64,000 bases of DNA from Amoebidium appalachense (taxonomy: Eukaryota; Protista; Ichthyosporea). Positions 11,373 to 25,460 of the stretch are shown piece by piece; positions within the stretch are counted from its first letter, which is position 1, and each line of letters begins with the position of its first letter. Under the pieces are notes generated by a model, which saw only the letters and a list, made by a program, of their open reading frames with translations, was not told where the DNA came from and searched no databases. Where the stretch lies: positions 535,989-599,988 of the forward strand of contig CAVNZM010000017.1 of assembly GCA_963693365.1 (NCBI GenBank). The letters are read 5' to 3'. Both the position numbers and the translations under genes were made by a program.

Positions 11373-11960
11373 TGTGGTATATTATACCGGATATCTAGTA
11401 TGGATGTACACAGGTTGAGATATACGCGCACGTGTACATGTATATATACCACTGTGTTTGATCTTAGGTAGGCCAGCATGCATGTCCCTCCCAGTCTTGT
11501 GCGCATGAGCATGGAGTTAAACATATGTGCACGTGCAACTTGCAGGATTATTCATGGGAAAACAGATATAATAGCCACATGGGACCGACACGTAGCAGAG
11601 GAACCATGAGCGTTAAGTTATAGTTTTATCATGGGAAAATATGCAAGTAGCCGTGAGGTATGACTGTGGAATGCATCGATAATCAAGTACTGTCACCCGA
11701 TTGGCTCAATAGGTTTATTGGAACCGTGATAAAGCCGTGGGACAGAACCGTGAACCGTATGTGATTGGCTCTCGTAGCAAAAAAGCACATACCGATGCGC
11801 ATGTCTGAGCCGCTGTGCGAGCTCCGTTATAAGGGCATGTCGGGGGCTTCAGAGCTCACTCAGTGTGCTCGGCTTACTAGGTGTAAGTAGGACTAGCACG
11901 TAACTAAGCAAAGCGTGGTCTAGTCAACCCCGTTCATTTATAAACATATTGTTTGTCACA
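11373..11960 (+). mobile_element. Putative 3' LTR of the Gypsy element (~590 bp)
   Basis: Follows the Gypsy-type 3' tract CGAGGACGAC..TTTTTACGGTGGGGCG (PPT-like), starts TGTG, ends CACA, TATAAG at ~11828. No second LTR in the window to confirm. Confidence 0.7.
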
Positions 11961-12396
11961 GACACACGATCTTATTATACAACAGTTGGACAATACCATA
12001 ATTTGACACAAAATTATCCTACATTTTATATATTCATAACTTATTGACAATACTCCGCAAGCAATAGTATAATACCGAATAAATACATTGACAATATCGA
12101 GATTGTATTGTTAATAGGCACACGTACACGCGTTTTGAGATATTGCCAGTACATTACTCATACGGTATATAGTTATTGGTGGTAGACCCGGCATGGTATG
12201 ACAATAATATCAAAATATGTTGCCGATATTACGTCAATATTACAGTTCTATTACACTTCTATAGCGTCTCTACCACAGAAAATCTCTACTCGCAATACAT
12301 TGGCAATGGATAATTGATATTACTTCAGTATTAATCTGGTATTTTTACGATTTTGGCAATAGATAATAGCCTCACAATATTGGCAATACCGCCGGG
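11961..12396. mobile_element. Right end of a non-autonomous CACTA-like element (MITE remnant)
   Basis: AT-rich with repeated GCAATA/GACAATA/TATTG motifs; ends ...CAATACCGCCGGG (reverse complement CCCGGCGG) where RT coding sequence resumes. Confidence 0.55.
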
Positions 12397-12685
12397 AAGT
12401 TTGCTGATGTCGGTTAAGGAACAAAGAACAATATCGTCCGCAAAAAGGAGACCCGGTACACGACGGGTATGTAGTTGGCCAAAGGGTTCGAGGGCGCAGG
12501 CTAAATCGTCAATGAAAACGTCAAACAACAACGGACTCAGGAGGGACCCCTGCAGAAGACCCCGGGAACGGGAAAAACCGGGTGTTAATGTTCCATTGAC
12601 CGCCGCGCGTCCGCGGGTGGTATCGAACAACACTTGCAGAAGACGGCCAAAGGGGGCTGGTAAGCCCCGCATAGCTAGCTTATAC
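12397..12685 (-). pseudogene. LINE RT core fragment, same family as 8757-11258
   Basis: KLAMRGLPAPFGRLL..TRGRAAVNG..GFSRSRGLLQGSLLSPLLFDVFIDDLA..LLFADDIVL. Confidence 0.9.
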
Positions 12686-13200
12686 TGAAATATTTTCTTT
12701 TGACTGGATTTATTCGACGGAAAGATATGCAAGTATGCACGGCATACTGAGAAGACAAAAAAAACTTCACGAATTATCCAGTAACAAGTGCATACTGAGA
12801 TACCTGAACACTGTGTGAAAATCATATAAATACTCAATGTGACGACCAACAGAATTCAACAAAAAGTCTAAAGTGTTCACATTGCCAGCTAGTGTAGCAG
12901 ATACCCGTAGGGAAAGAGGCAAAACGCGACATAAAAATTCACACCGATCAACATGCTTGCGATTAAAAAGGTCAGCACAAAAGTGGCACCAGCGGCGATG
13001 AAAACAAGAATTACAGCGCCACTGCACAACTTCCCAGGTAATATCAACATCAGAGCACCATACAGACTTATCTACTAGGGTGGTATCCATACGTACAACA
13101 GGAGAAATGTATTCCTGCCAAAGCTCCCAAAAAGCGATAATGATCAGTACGGTGTTGCCTAAGGAACATAACACATGCCGACTGAGTTTTACCTTTGATT
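12686..13200 (-). pseudogene. LINE ORF2 C-terminal fragment with short 3' UTR
   Basis: YISPVVR..LVDKSVW..QWRCN..WCHFCADLFNRKHVDRC..TLDFLLN parallels the C-terminus of the long RT; AATAAA near 12710. Confidence 0.75.
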
Positions 13201-13721
13201 TCTCTATCAGAACGAGAAAGAAACTTATACTGTGTATGGTAATAACGCGAAAAGGCAGAAAAAACAGGAAGAGAAAAGAAAGAGGGAGTGAGATAGCGAG
13301 AGGAAGAATCAGGTGGAAAGAGGGTATACGTAGGCTAGCGCTGAGGACATGTTGCCCACCTGGCACTCAGTGCACTTGGAAAGTTTTATTGCCTGTCCAT
13401 GCATATCATCGGGTTACCAAACAGTTCTGTAAAATAAAATAATAAAAATATTATAAAAAAATTGCAAGCAATTTAGAACATATTGCACTTGGTGGTTTTC
13501 AGCTACATGTTTTTGGAGGACCACAAGTAAACTTGGTACCTCGGCAATGGCAATCTCTCCCGGCCCTAGACTGATAACACAGTGTGGCAAGAAAGGGGGG
13601 GGGGGGGAGGGGGGGGGGGGGGGGGGGGGGATGGGGGGGGGGGGGATGGGGGGGGGGGGGGGGGGGTTTAAATGAAAGGGAAAAGGGTCATAACATTTGG
13701 CAGATCCGGCAACTGCAGGAT

Positions 13722-13752
<31 letters not shown>

Positions 13753-15134
13753 AGGAAGTGTGAGGCGGGGGGGCCAAGGGGGGGGGGGGGGGGGGAAGCG
13801 TGAGGCGAGGGAGGGGGGGGGGGGGGGAGGGGAGAGGGAGGTAACAACCACACAACCCAACATCAATAACTGTTGGCGGCGCGGGCCCGGACCCGGCCCG
13901 GCCCGCCGTTTTACACGCTGAACCCTTGTTAGCCCCAAAAAGTGACCTTCAGATCCATGCGCTGCTGCCTTATATAGTATAATCTGAAACTTTTGTCCCA
14001 TGAAAATCGTTATCGCTCCCAATTTGGAAAGTGACTTTCGGGCCAAAAAGCTACCTAATCGGATCGCTAAAACGGTTTGGGTCTCTGCCCGGTAGTATAC
14101 CCGTGACTACTGAACCGGCCCGTATGAAAGGGATAGATATACGCGGCAGCGTTTTGATTCCTTTGCCAACTTCATGCCGAGTGAAGGGAGTACTTGCTTG
14201 TGTACTTACCCCCCCCAAATGAAAATTTTTGTGTTTTTCAATTTAAAGGTTTGGGCATTTCAGGGGCTGAACATTAGCATATATATGAATGACAGTGTAC
14301 TGCGCGCAGCGTGCATGCTTTGGTGTCATCGATTGCATGATCATGAACATATATCCGGTTTATTTTGTTGTCAAAAAAAAGCATAAGCCATCTCTAATAT
14401 ATAGTAAGCTATGAAGCCCAAATACGGAACGACACCCCTCAAACAACAGTTCTTTCCATCAAAGAGCACCCCTATTTCTGGTGTTATCTCTGATCCACAC
14501 CCGCGCCGCTATCTGCATGCGGAGCTTATGCCCCAGTCTCATTATGTTTTGGCGCCGGCGACAGCCGGCGCACAGACCTACTTGTAAATAAGAACATGCA
14601 CCTAAAGTAAGATCTTTCCCGTGGATCCTCCCCCCCCCCCCCCCCCCCTCCCACCTCTCCCTCCCCCGGGGCCCCATACTATGATATCTAGCCTATAGGC
14701 CCAATATTATATGCCCCTTCCCTCCCCCCCCCCCCCCCTCTCCGGATCCCCGGACCCCACTTCCCTACCCGGAGGCTCGAGAGCTCCCCCCCCCTCCTCC
14801 CCCCCCCTCCCCCCCCCCCCCCCCCCTTCTTCATTGAGCCTCGGGAAGGGGCGGGGGTGGGGGGGGGGGGGGGGGGGGGGGGGGGGAGGGAAGTGGAAGG
14901 CGGGGGTGGATGCATGTCAGCCTAGGTGAATTCAATTGTTTAACTCCAGTGTACAGGACTGGTCTGAAGGCTTAAGAAAACAACGAGGAAATGGGGTCCA
15001 GTGGAGGTGGTGGTGGTGTTGTGTGTGTGTGTGTACACGTGCACGTATGTGTGTGGTTTTTTTAAGGGGTGAGTGGTGGTGGTGGTGGTGGTGGTGGTCA
15101 CCGTGGTGGTGGTGTGTGTGTCTGGTGTGTGTGT

Positions 15135-15200
<66 letters not shown>

Positions 15201-15914
15201 TAGAAAGAAAAACTGCTCGTGGGTCACTGTTTTTCGTCACTGTATTTGTAACGGGCCGCTCATATTTATATAACTACTTTAAGTACACGTGTTCATTATC
15301 ATATACGATGGCCAAATATAGAAATTTTGGCGTCGAAGTTCTTGGAGCTAAAAAAACGTTTAAAAGGGGGAAATAATAGCTTGGCCCCAAATTTACCTTG
15401 CCATTTTTAGCGAATGTATTTTTTATTCATGAGTTCTAGTAATTCAGTGAGTGCACGTGCCTGCCTCAGGCTGATCATGACAACTGCAACACACCATTCC
15501 TACATGGATATCAACCAAAAGAAAATAGTATCTACTGTGGTGGTCTCCTAAACCTTGTGCGGCATGCGCATACATGATATTACAGTGACGCATGTGCATA
15601 TTATTGTTCTGTACACCGGAGTGTGGTGCACGTGGCTGTTTTGTGCACATGTTACAATAGCAGCACGATCTCCCTAAACTCCATGTTTACACATCCCTCG
15701 CCCTGGCTCTTCCTTGTCGGTGCTCCAAAACACACACACAAATCCCCCTAGACTCAGTGCCTGCACATGGTCGCATTCACGTGCAGGTCACGTGACACAT
15801 GCAATGCCATACTGCCGTCTACAGCAACAACCACGGCAGCATGTATACCGGCCCAGCACGAAATATACTTATTGGCAGTCTGAACTCGCCCATTTTCTCT
15901 TTTTCATGTATGAC

Positions 15915-16059
15915 CCTGCTTTTTTGTGAAATCACCCTTTTTGGCCTCCCGGTAGTGGATTTTGCAGGATTTGACTTCTTTGAGGTCCAAAAACCTCAAA
16001 TTTTCCGCGGCGGGGCCGGGGAGGGAGAATTCAAAAATTGCCCGCTCCTGATATGGTAC
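15915..16059. repeat. Interspersed ~140 bp repeat, copy 1
   Basis: Nearly identical to 31258-31395 (ATCACCCTTTTTGGCCTCCCGGTAGTGG...CTCCTGATATGGTAC). Confidence 0.9.
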
Positions 16060-16464
16060 GTATACCGCAGAGCAGGGGCCGCCTGCTTTTCATGTGGCGG
16101 GTCGAGGCGGATTTTTGGCAACTTCAATATTGTTTAAACAAACCTAAGGGTTTGTAAAATACGCGTGTGCGGCGTATTGCAACGACATTTCGCGGTGCAT
16201 CTTTGAGAGCATTTGGTCAACTCCGTTGTTGATTAGTTGGTGGTCAACATCTGTGCAGTGTGGAGATTAAGCACACGCTGGTTACAGGGCTTGCTCTTGA
16301 AAAGGTACGAGTTTGCCATATTGTTAGTTTTTTCCTGCGTGCTGCTTTTTATTCTTTGTGAAAAGGAAGAAAATGTGTTTTGTGGAAGGGAGGTGGAAGG
16401 GAATATGTGTTCCGCAGGGTGGATGCTGGTAGCTACCAGTATGATTGTTATTTTCGTAGTGTAG

Positions 16465-16915
16465 GAACTACAAGGCAGGACGCTTGCAGCACTGTGCTAG
16501 AGTGGGCAAGGGTAGATGTTGTGGTGCGTGAGCTACTTGCACCAGAAATATTGCAAGAGCATCTGGGAAATCTTGGTGGTCTTTGTGAGGGACATCCACT
16601 CAAACAACCACTAGAATCATATAGCGTCCTAGATAGTGAATGCACTAGCATTGAACAAAAGATCTGGAAACGTAAATGGGGGGAAAATGGGTGTTCTCTA
16701 GTGCGTACAGAAGTCAAGGATTTATGTGTGCAAGAAGGGTATGTGCAAGAAGGGGCAGCTTTGAACGCACTGTATGGTGCTATGATGGTTGTTTCTGCTT
16801 ATTTACCAAGGTGATTGCATCGAAAGTGTTCAGCAGGCGGAGTGTGATCTTAACTTACAGCAATGTGAACGTGAACAACATTTGCTGGATGGCTGAAATT
16901 GGGTTCACTCAAAGC

Positions 16916-16946
<31 letters not shown>

Positions 16947-17245
16947 TTGTCTATCCGTGTTCACACACTCACGTGCTAAGCTTGTGTGCCTTCCCTCCTT
17001 CTACTTTATCGGATGTGTACTATGCATTGAATGACTTAACCCCCCTCCCCCCCCCCCCCCCCCTCCCCACCCATCCCCTCCATCCACACACACACACACA
17101 CACACACACTCCCACTATACCGCTCACCTGGCGAATTTCACCCCTTCTTCCCGTCTGCATTCTCGTTCCTCCCCTCCCTCGCCCCCCAAACACCCACTTA
17201 CCACCTTCTCTTTCCATTCACCCCTTTTACCTCCCTCCAACCCCT

Positions 17246-17280
<35 letters not shown>

Positions 17281-17949
17281 CCTGCGGGCACCCGGGACAT
17301 CCCCCCCGTTCTCCCCTTTCGCTTCCCCCCACATCCTCGGCGCCCATTTCTCCTCTTGCTGCCTGCTGCAAAAAACACGGGTGTGTCCATGACATGGGTC
17401 ACGTCCCCCCCCCTCCCTCCCCCCCCCCCCCCCCCCCCCCCCCCCTTCCCCCTCCCCCCCCCCCCCCCCCCCCAAAAAAAGGGTGAAAAAATCCCCCCTA
17501 CTCAACCGACGAGAATAGACTATGCACCACTAACCCGTATCAGCGTGATTATTGGCGTTTACATACACTGTGTACCATTTGCTTGTTTTGTTGTGCAGGC
17601 TCGTACCGTCTTGGTGACCACACGTGTAATGATACTTGTAATGAGGGGCAAAGGAGTCTAGCGTACCCCTAATTCAAACGCTTTGTGTTAGAAAGGTTGT
17701 GGGTCGATTGTTGCAGTCACCAATAGGCTGGGAGTCAGTTGTGTCTGATGTTTGTTCGCGAATGGAAGTTCATTTTTGTAGTGGTGGTCTCTGTTTGTGT
17801 TGTCGTGTTCACTTTCTCTTTTCCGTGTGTCTAAATAGCCCCCCCCCCCCCACCCCCCCACCCCCTCCCCCTGGCCTCCTCCCTACCTTTCCCCAACATG
17901 CACACCCACACACCCACACACAGACACATGCACACTCACAGGCGCACAG

Positions 17950-17985
<36 letters not shown>

Positions 17986-18279
17986 CCACACCCACACCCA
18001 CCAACACACACACGCACACACGCGCGCGCGCACACACACACAGAAAAAAACACACACACACACAGACACACAGCCAGTCACCATGAGTGGACGGTGGGCA
18101 CAGGCTGGTGGGTGGCTCTGCCGATTGCTGCCTTCCCGTCTAAACACCACCCTCCCCCGAGCAGCCACAGTATGCGACCCCCCTCCCCCATCCCCTCCCC
18201 GCCTCTCCTCCTTCACCCACCCACCCACCCACCCACACACACACACACACAGACCCACCCACCCACACCCACACACACA

Positions 18280-18322
<43 letters not shown>

Positions 18323-19305
18323 ACACACACATCCAACCCTTCCCCCTCCCCCCCCCCCCCATCGCCCCCGACAGATTTTAGGTTTTTCATTTTTGTGACG
18401 TTTTGCAGTCTCTCCTCTAATGTCTCCTCCTTATATCCAACCCTCTAACGCATACATCAACCCCTCCCCGCTCCCCCCCCGGGGCTCGCTTCCCCCCTCG
18501 GCCTCTCACCTTGCCCAAACCCATGCCTCTTTGCGCTCTTAGGGGAGAAGAAGGAAAGGCAGTGTCCCATTGTACCTATGTGCATGCGCCCGCCTGGTCA
18601 GTGCCCCCCCCCAAAACATGCCCAACGCTATTGGAGGCAAATGAATGAATGAAACTTCTGCCTGTTTTCTTGTGCTCATCTATTCTCCTTGCGTCCCTCC
18701 CCCTCCCCCTCCCCTCCCCTCCCTCAACCCCCCCCTAGGAACCCCGCTATGCTGTTTATCTTCTGCCTGCATGTTTTGGAGTTGTCACTTGTGCTCTTTT
18801 CTCTGTGGGTTTTCAATGTCATTGCATCCGCTCTGCTCCCCCGGCCCTTACTGCATACATCCCCCCCCCCCCCCCCCCCCCCTCCCCTTCCACCGCAGTT
18901 AAAAAACAACAACAACAAAAAAAAAAAACACACACACACAAAAAAAACAACACAAGCTCTCACATACATGGCCACGAACCAACCCCTACCACTCCACGTT
19001 CGACTAATCCAATCCCGTCGGCAGGCATGTTTTTCCCGCGGGTATTTCACCCATGCACACAACCGTGTGGCTGCCAGAGCTATTTTTAGGCGCCCACTGG
19101 ACCGTACTGCGGTGGCGACAACTACACAGCGGCACATGCACTTCTTGGCACCACGGGCAGGTGTGTTTTTTCACCATGTGCACACACACATAAGTGTTCC
19201 CTCACAGGTGATTCGTACGGGCACACAGACACACACATACACAAGCCCTCACACACACACGTGCGCTCATATGCACACTCACGCGCGCACACACAAGCAC
19301 AAAAT

Positions 19306-19369
<64 letters not shown>

Positions 19370-19627
19370 ACACGCACGCACATGCGCGCAACACACCCAC
19401 ACGCACACAAGCTCATCCACCCATCCACACATCCACACTCACAAAGGAAGCTTTCTACAAAGATGCGCACATGTAGGCATATATATTTAGCCTCACATGC
19501 ATCGACATGGACATTCAGTCCCACGCGCTCACTGACCAGAGAAGTGCGCATGTGTTTTTGTACCCGAAAACAAACCTTGAAGTGTAGACAAACACACACA
19601 GCAAGGATACAAACACACACAGCAAGG

Positions 19628-19667
<40 letters not shown>

Positions 19668-19674
19668 ATGCACG

Positions 19675-19752
<78 letters not shown>

Positions 19753-20452
19753 CGTGCGCGCGCACCCGCTCACGCACTCACGCACGCACACATGTGCACC
19801 CCCCCCCCCCCCACACACACACACACATACACACAACACACACACACACAGACACACACACAGACACACACACACACACACACACGCGCGTCTCCATAAG
19901 CAAAGGTGCAGTTGCAGGTTGAAGAAAATCACAAGCACATTTGTTGAAGCTAACATCAGCCCCCCCCCCCAACCCCGGGTGACCCAAGCACACACATATA
20001 CAAGCCTGGTTTTGGTCTTGCCATGCCCCCTTACACCCCTTTTTCCAGATTGCCTGACCAGTCGTTTCAGAGTATCCGACCACATCATCCATTCATCCTG
20101 CTTCTCCACTTGTGTCGGCCGAACCATCACCGGCTCCATCAGGGTATGTCTGTGTCCCCCCCCCTCCCCCCCCCCCCCCCCCCCCCCTCCCCCCCTTCCC
20201 TCCTCCTCCTCCTCCCCAAGCAGCCAAACCACTCAGTCAACCCACGTACGCTCGCCCAACCACCCACCTTATCCATCACCCACCTTACACTCTACCAAGG
20301 AAGCGAGTTTGTAAACGGAGGGGGGGGAGGGGGGGGGGGGGGGGGGGGGGGCAGATAACACATCTAGACACACGTGTTCGCATGCACACACAAGAATATA
20401 CACACACACACACGACGCGCATACATACGCGCACGCACACATGCAACCACAC

Positions 20453-20487
<35 letters not shown>

Positions 20488-20584
20488 ACACACTCACAGA
20501 CTCAAACACACACACGCATACACGCACATATACACACATGCGCGCGTACACACAAACAGAAGAGCGCACACAGACCCCCCCCCC

Positions 20585-20633
<49 letters not shown>

Positions 20634-21669
20634 CACATACACGGTCACCTGCACCGGACATCGGCGGTATGCACCCTCGAAGTACCACCCAGTGTAGACA
20701 ATTTATAAGTTTCATGCAGTGCTGACAATCTGCTTCCACCAGGCCAACTCTGTGGCTGGGCCGTTGAGTCCACTGCCCACATTGCAGAGGCAGGCGGAAA
20801 GGTCAGTGTCTACAAAAACACAGGGCTCAGGTCCTGACGAGGAGCGCCAATTTAGGGGTGTTTGTTGGCTCCAACGAACTTCCAAATGGATGTCAAGTCT
20901 TCCCGTTCCTCTGTTTTACATTGGCCGTTTCGAATGCCAGGTTTCTGCTGCACGACACACCGACGTTGCCATTCGATACCTCGTCCAATCAAAAGTGTTG
21001 GACGAGAAATACCTGGCAAGGACCAACGTCAGCCTGGGCTTGTTGGAGCAATTTGTGCCCACGGCTGAGGAGACGGAGAGAGTGGTGAAACGGTGGAAGG
21101 AACAGGTGACGAGGGAATATTCCTCAGTGTTTCGAGGTGTTATTAAGAGAACCAGTGCATGTAGAACAGGAAGGGTGTGGAGGGCGGGATTTTCTGATGA
21201 ATCCGGCACACAACGTTGGATCGGTTCCTTTTTGACTGAGATTGAGGCGGCATGTGCTGTGGATGTGGCTGTGAGAGCCTCAAAATTGCCTAAGTCGGAG
21301 AAGATCAAACGGATTAATTTCTGCGAAGAAAGTGATTATCTCACAGACAGCCAGGCACGCAGAGGTAGGTGTATAGGGGTGTGTAAGGGGAGAAGTACCT
21401 CAAAACCATGGCGTGTTCGGGCCCTAGCCAAAAAGCAAGTGGCACCTATCAAAAAGTCTAGCCCCTGGACTCAAAAGGAAATTTTACCATCAAGGAGGTA
21501 TATTGGGTGCTTTGCAAGGAAACTGGAAGCGATCGAAGCATATGACCGGTTTGTGCTGGACCTATGGGCACAGCGGAACGAACCACGGGGCCCTCTGCCG
21601 CCCACAAATTTCAGTCCAGCCAGATATGGCTATAACCTTATGAGTCCACCCACCATACCACCCCTTTAA
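16465..21669 (+). CDS. Multi-exon protein with three AP2/ERF-like domains (firm last exon 20743-21669; provisional exons ~16465-16810, 18543-18596, 19025-19160)
   Basis: Three AP2-like units: [26 protein letters not shown]; [30 protein letters not shown]; [30 protein letters not shown]. The upstream exons splice in frame via GT-AG; the start codon is unresolved. Confidence 0.75.
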
Positions 21670-22813
21670 TAACGAACCAGAGCCCGGAAACCCACCTTAG
21701 CGGAGAGGCCGGCCGCGAAGAATGCTCGTTCACCTACACCCACTCATCCTACACTGGAAGACACTTGGCTGAGATCGAGCCTGCATATTTTAACATCATA
21801 TGTGGAACTTTAGAGGCATCATACCGTTCATCCTAGTTAGTTTAGGTTCATGTCAATTTGCCCTCCTGTAACTGCAACTGATCATGAGCAATATTACATA
21901 GTATTCGATTTGATTACTTTGCTTGATTCTTTTGTTGTGTGGTTAGGTTATCCCCCAGCTTCTGTACTTGTGTTGGCGGCTGTTGCCACTGGGCAGGGCC
22001 AGGTGCCGCGTTTGTCAGCTGCGGGAAGTGTACGTCGTGTGTCATGGGGGTAGCTGCCGGGAGTACTCTTAGACTAGTAATCTATTCTATTTGTATAGAA
22101 ATTTATGAACCGACATTTGTGGGTGTGCGCATACATAGTGATCACTGTGGTCTAATCTGCTTCCTATGACAGTGTGATGGGAGGCAATGCTTCGTATGTA
22201 TGTTTTAAGTCGTTGACCACCCCTTTTAACACACCCAGGTGGTAGGCCATTGGCAGTGGGGATTCCAAAGAAGTTCAGAGCTCAATTTCAGTACAATGAT
22301 CTTAAAGTATGATATTTTCTATGCACTTCACTCTTATTATTATATACTTGGCTAATAATTAGCAATTGTTGACCCTCCTAGTCGAGCTCATACATGCAGC
22401 TTTTATAATTAGCAGTCCCACGGCAGAATTTTCGTTATTGTTATGTAAATCTCGGCTTACGACTATTTTGCTGTGTCTATGGCAACGTCTGTACTATGTA
22501 TATATTCAGTCTTGCCTGTCTGATGCTCCGATCTAAATAAAATCTATAAAAAAATGGAGCCAACAACGGAAATAAAACCTCGAGTTTCACTAACGTCACA
22601 TAACATCATAAGGAGACATGACTTTTTAGTAACACAGGTGACCATATTACATCCTATAGTATACATGTACAGAAAACGAAAAATTCATATATGCAACCAT
22701 GTCCTCAGATTGTGAATCTGAGTTGGGAATCAAGGACACGTACACTACTTTTGAATCCGGGTAGTACATAATAAGCATCTAGGCCAAGTTGTGGACCGAC
22801 TACATATAATCAT

Positions 22814-23002
22814 GATCCCACACATCGCCCTGTGACAACTCGTGTACTCAAGACGGCTTAGCATTTTTTGCAATTGTGAGGATCGCACACATCGATCCGA
22901 ACAGTATTACATAACATACCGCCCCGACAAGGGTCGAGGTCGTCATGTTAAATTTTAATTAGTACTTAAAAATAGGCTCCCAGAGCCCGTCTCGATTATG
23001 TT

Positions 23003-23083
<81 letters not shown>

Positions 23084-23447
23084 CCCGCCCCGCCCAGGAG
23101 GCCACACTGGGCCTCTCCATCGGGCGGGGAATCAGCAAACCGCTAAATGACATAAATATAGTAGTAAACAAATAATAAATTGATCAAATGAATGAATAAA
23201 CAAAGAATACTTATACTAGTTCCTTTTTGAGGATCCCACACATCGCCCTGTGACAACTCGTGTACTCAAGACGGCTTGGCATTTTTTGCAATTGTGAGGA
23301 TCGCACACATCGATCCGAACAGTATTACCATTACACATACAGTATGCGTCCACGCATAACATACCGCCCCGACAAGGGTCGAGGTCGTCATGTTAAATTT
23401 TAATTAGTATTTAAAAATAGGCTCCCAGAGCCCGTCTCGATTATGTT

Positions 23448-23486
<39 letters not shown>

Positions 23487-23641
23487 CCCGCCCTCCCGCC
23501 CGCCCAGGAGGCCACACTGGGCCTCTCCATCGGGCGGGGAATCAGCAAACCGCTAAATGACATAAATATAGTAGTAAACAAATAATAAATTGATCAAATG
23601 AATGAATAAACAAAGAATACTTATACTAGTTCCTTTTTGAG
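22814..23641. repeat. Tandem duplication, 2 x ~410 bp, each copy with a long poly-C
   Basis: GATCCCACACATCGCCCTGTG starts at ~22814 and ~23232; both copies end TACTAGTTCCTTTTTGAG. Confidence 0.95.
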
Positions 23642-23751
23642 ATGGTGAAAAAAAAAAAAAAAGGGAAATTCGGGGGGAAAAAAAAACTTTGAAAAAAAAA
23701 AAAAAAAAAAGAAGCTGAAAGCGTGAAAGCCTATGTGTGTGTGTGTGTGCC

Positions 23752-23842
<91 letters not shown>

Positions 23843-24134
23843 AAATCTAAATCAATACTTGAAAGTCTAGCATTTAGTACATCAAGTCCCCCCCCCCCCC
23901 ACCCCCCCCTCCCCTCCTCCCCAACCCGCTAAATAAGTAAATATAGAGGAAATCAATAAGTAATTGATTCAAATAATAATAAAAACATACTATTTTTTTC
24001 CAGGGGACCAAACCAAAAAAGAAACACACACACACACACACACACAAACACAAAACAACTCATACAAACAAGGACGTACTGGTCTTTCTGCTCCCTCACA
24101 CCTTAATCTCACACCACGAATTTGGCACCACACA

Positions 24135-24511
24135 CCTACACGAGTAAGAGGCAACCCCTCCCCCTTCGCCTCATACAAATCCGTATTCAGGGTTTCATCA
24201 AGCTCCAAACCATTACCGTAACTCACACGGAAAAGACTCAGCGATTCCGCGCGTGTGGGGGCTCTGCGGCTCTCTAAACTAGTACTCTCCATGTGCGAGC
24301 GCAATTGTGCTTTTGCCGTTTCGGCTTGTGCAATTGCACGTGTGGTTGCGTTGTTGATTGTGTTGTTTGCGTTTACAAAACCCTCAGAAATGATTGCTTG
24401 AGCTTCTTGGGTAGTTTCCTGAAACTTGTCTGTGGCCTCATTTACTGTGTGCAGTGCACTATTCAACGCCCCAAGTGCAGCTGCCTGCACCTGGACTACT
24501 GGCTTGGCCAT
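24135..24511 (-). CDS. Probable first exon of an unknown gene (helical N-terminus); downstream exons not found
   Basis: ATG GCC start, ~125 protein-like codons (MAKPVVQVQAAALGALNSALHTVNEATDKFQE...), followed by GT-rich intron-like sequence. Confidence 0.45.
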
Positions 24512-25376
24512 GATCGGTGGGTTTAATATGCATTCAACCTGCCTATATGACTAGGATGTAAAAACTAGCTATACAAGACTGCTTCGAACTAGTTGGGGCC
24601 TTCGTATGTTTCTGCTCGTTTATCGACATAGTCGGCCACATGAGTCCTTTGCATACCATGCGATGTGCGGCCGCCGCCTATCATTGGCCCTGCCGAGCTT
24701 TGGGCGGTCGTTGAAATCACGGCGAACCACTGTTTTGTCTGGGAAAGACATCGAAATACTAAAGATAGGGGGTCTAAACTGACCAGATAAACCCGATAAT
24801 TCGTCCTACTATGTATAGGACCCCTTGGTGCGCTAACATAATCCCGAAAAATGACCGAGGTCAGTATGTTAAGATTTTTGAAAATCGGCGTCGACGTTAT
24901 GTTGTGCGCGGAGTATGTTACGCGCGGACGCTGTATACACACACCCTGTGCCGAATTCACCTTTGTGTTTTCTTCATATACTGTACCACATTCAAAGTAA
25001 TCATTAAATTCGTAATCAGCACTGCTGTTTTTGGCCATGGGTGAACACGTGCACCGGGCGCATGCAGAGAGCAAACGTTAAGTCTCGGATTCCGTTACTG
25101 GCACCAGTTACGGTAACAGACATGACAGAACAGAACGGGACCTTTCAATAGAGGTAGATGTTGGTTTGGGGCTTTGGAGTTGAGATGTTGACGGATCCCG
25201 GCAGGGGAAAAGGCGCCAGGGATGGGGGGGGGGGGGCGCGGAGGAAGAAGGGGGAGGGGGAGGGGGGGGGGGGGGGGGGGGTCCGCACAACCCTTTACAT
25301 ACCCACCTAAACACTTACACATGCAACGCACCCAGTCATGGGCATATTCACCGACCCAAAAACAGATGCCGCACTT

Positions 25377-25460
<84 letters not shown>

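Noticed and set aside
24589-25074. 161 aa minus-strand ORF
   Set aside because: No recognisable motif or splice context; could be promoter sequence of the 24.5 kb exon.
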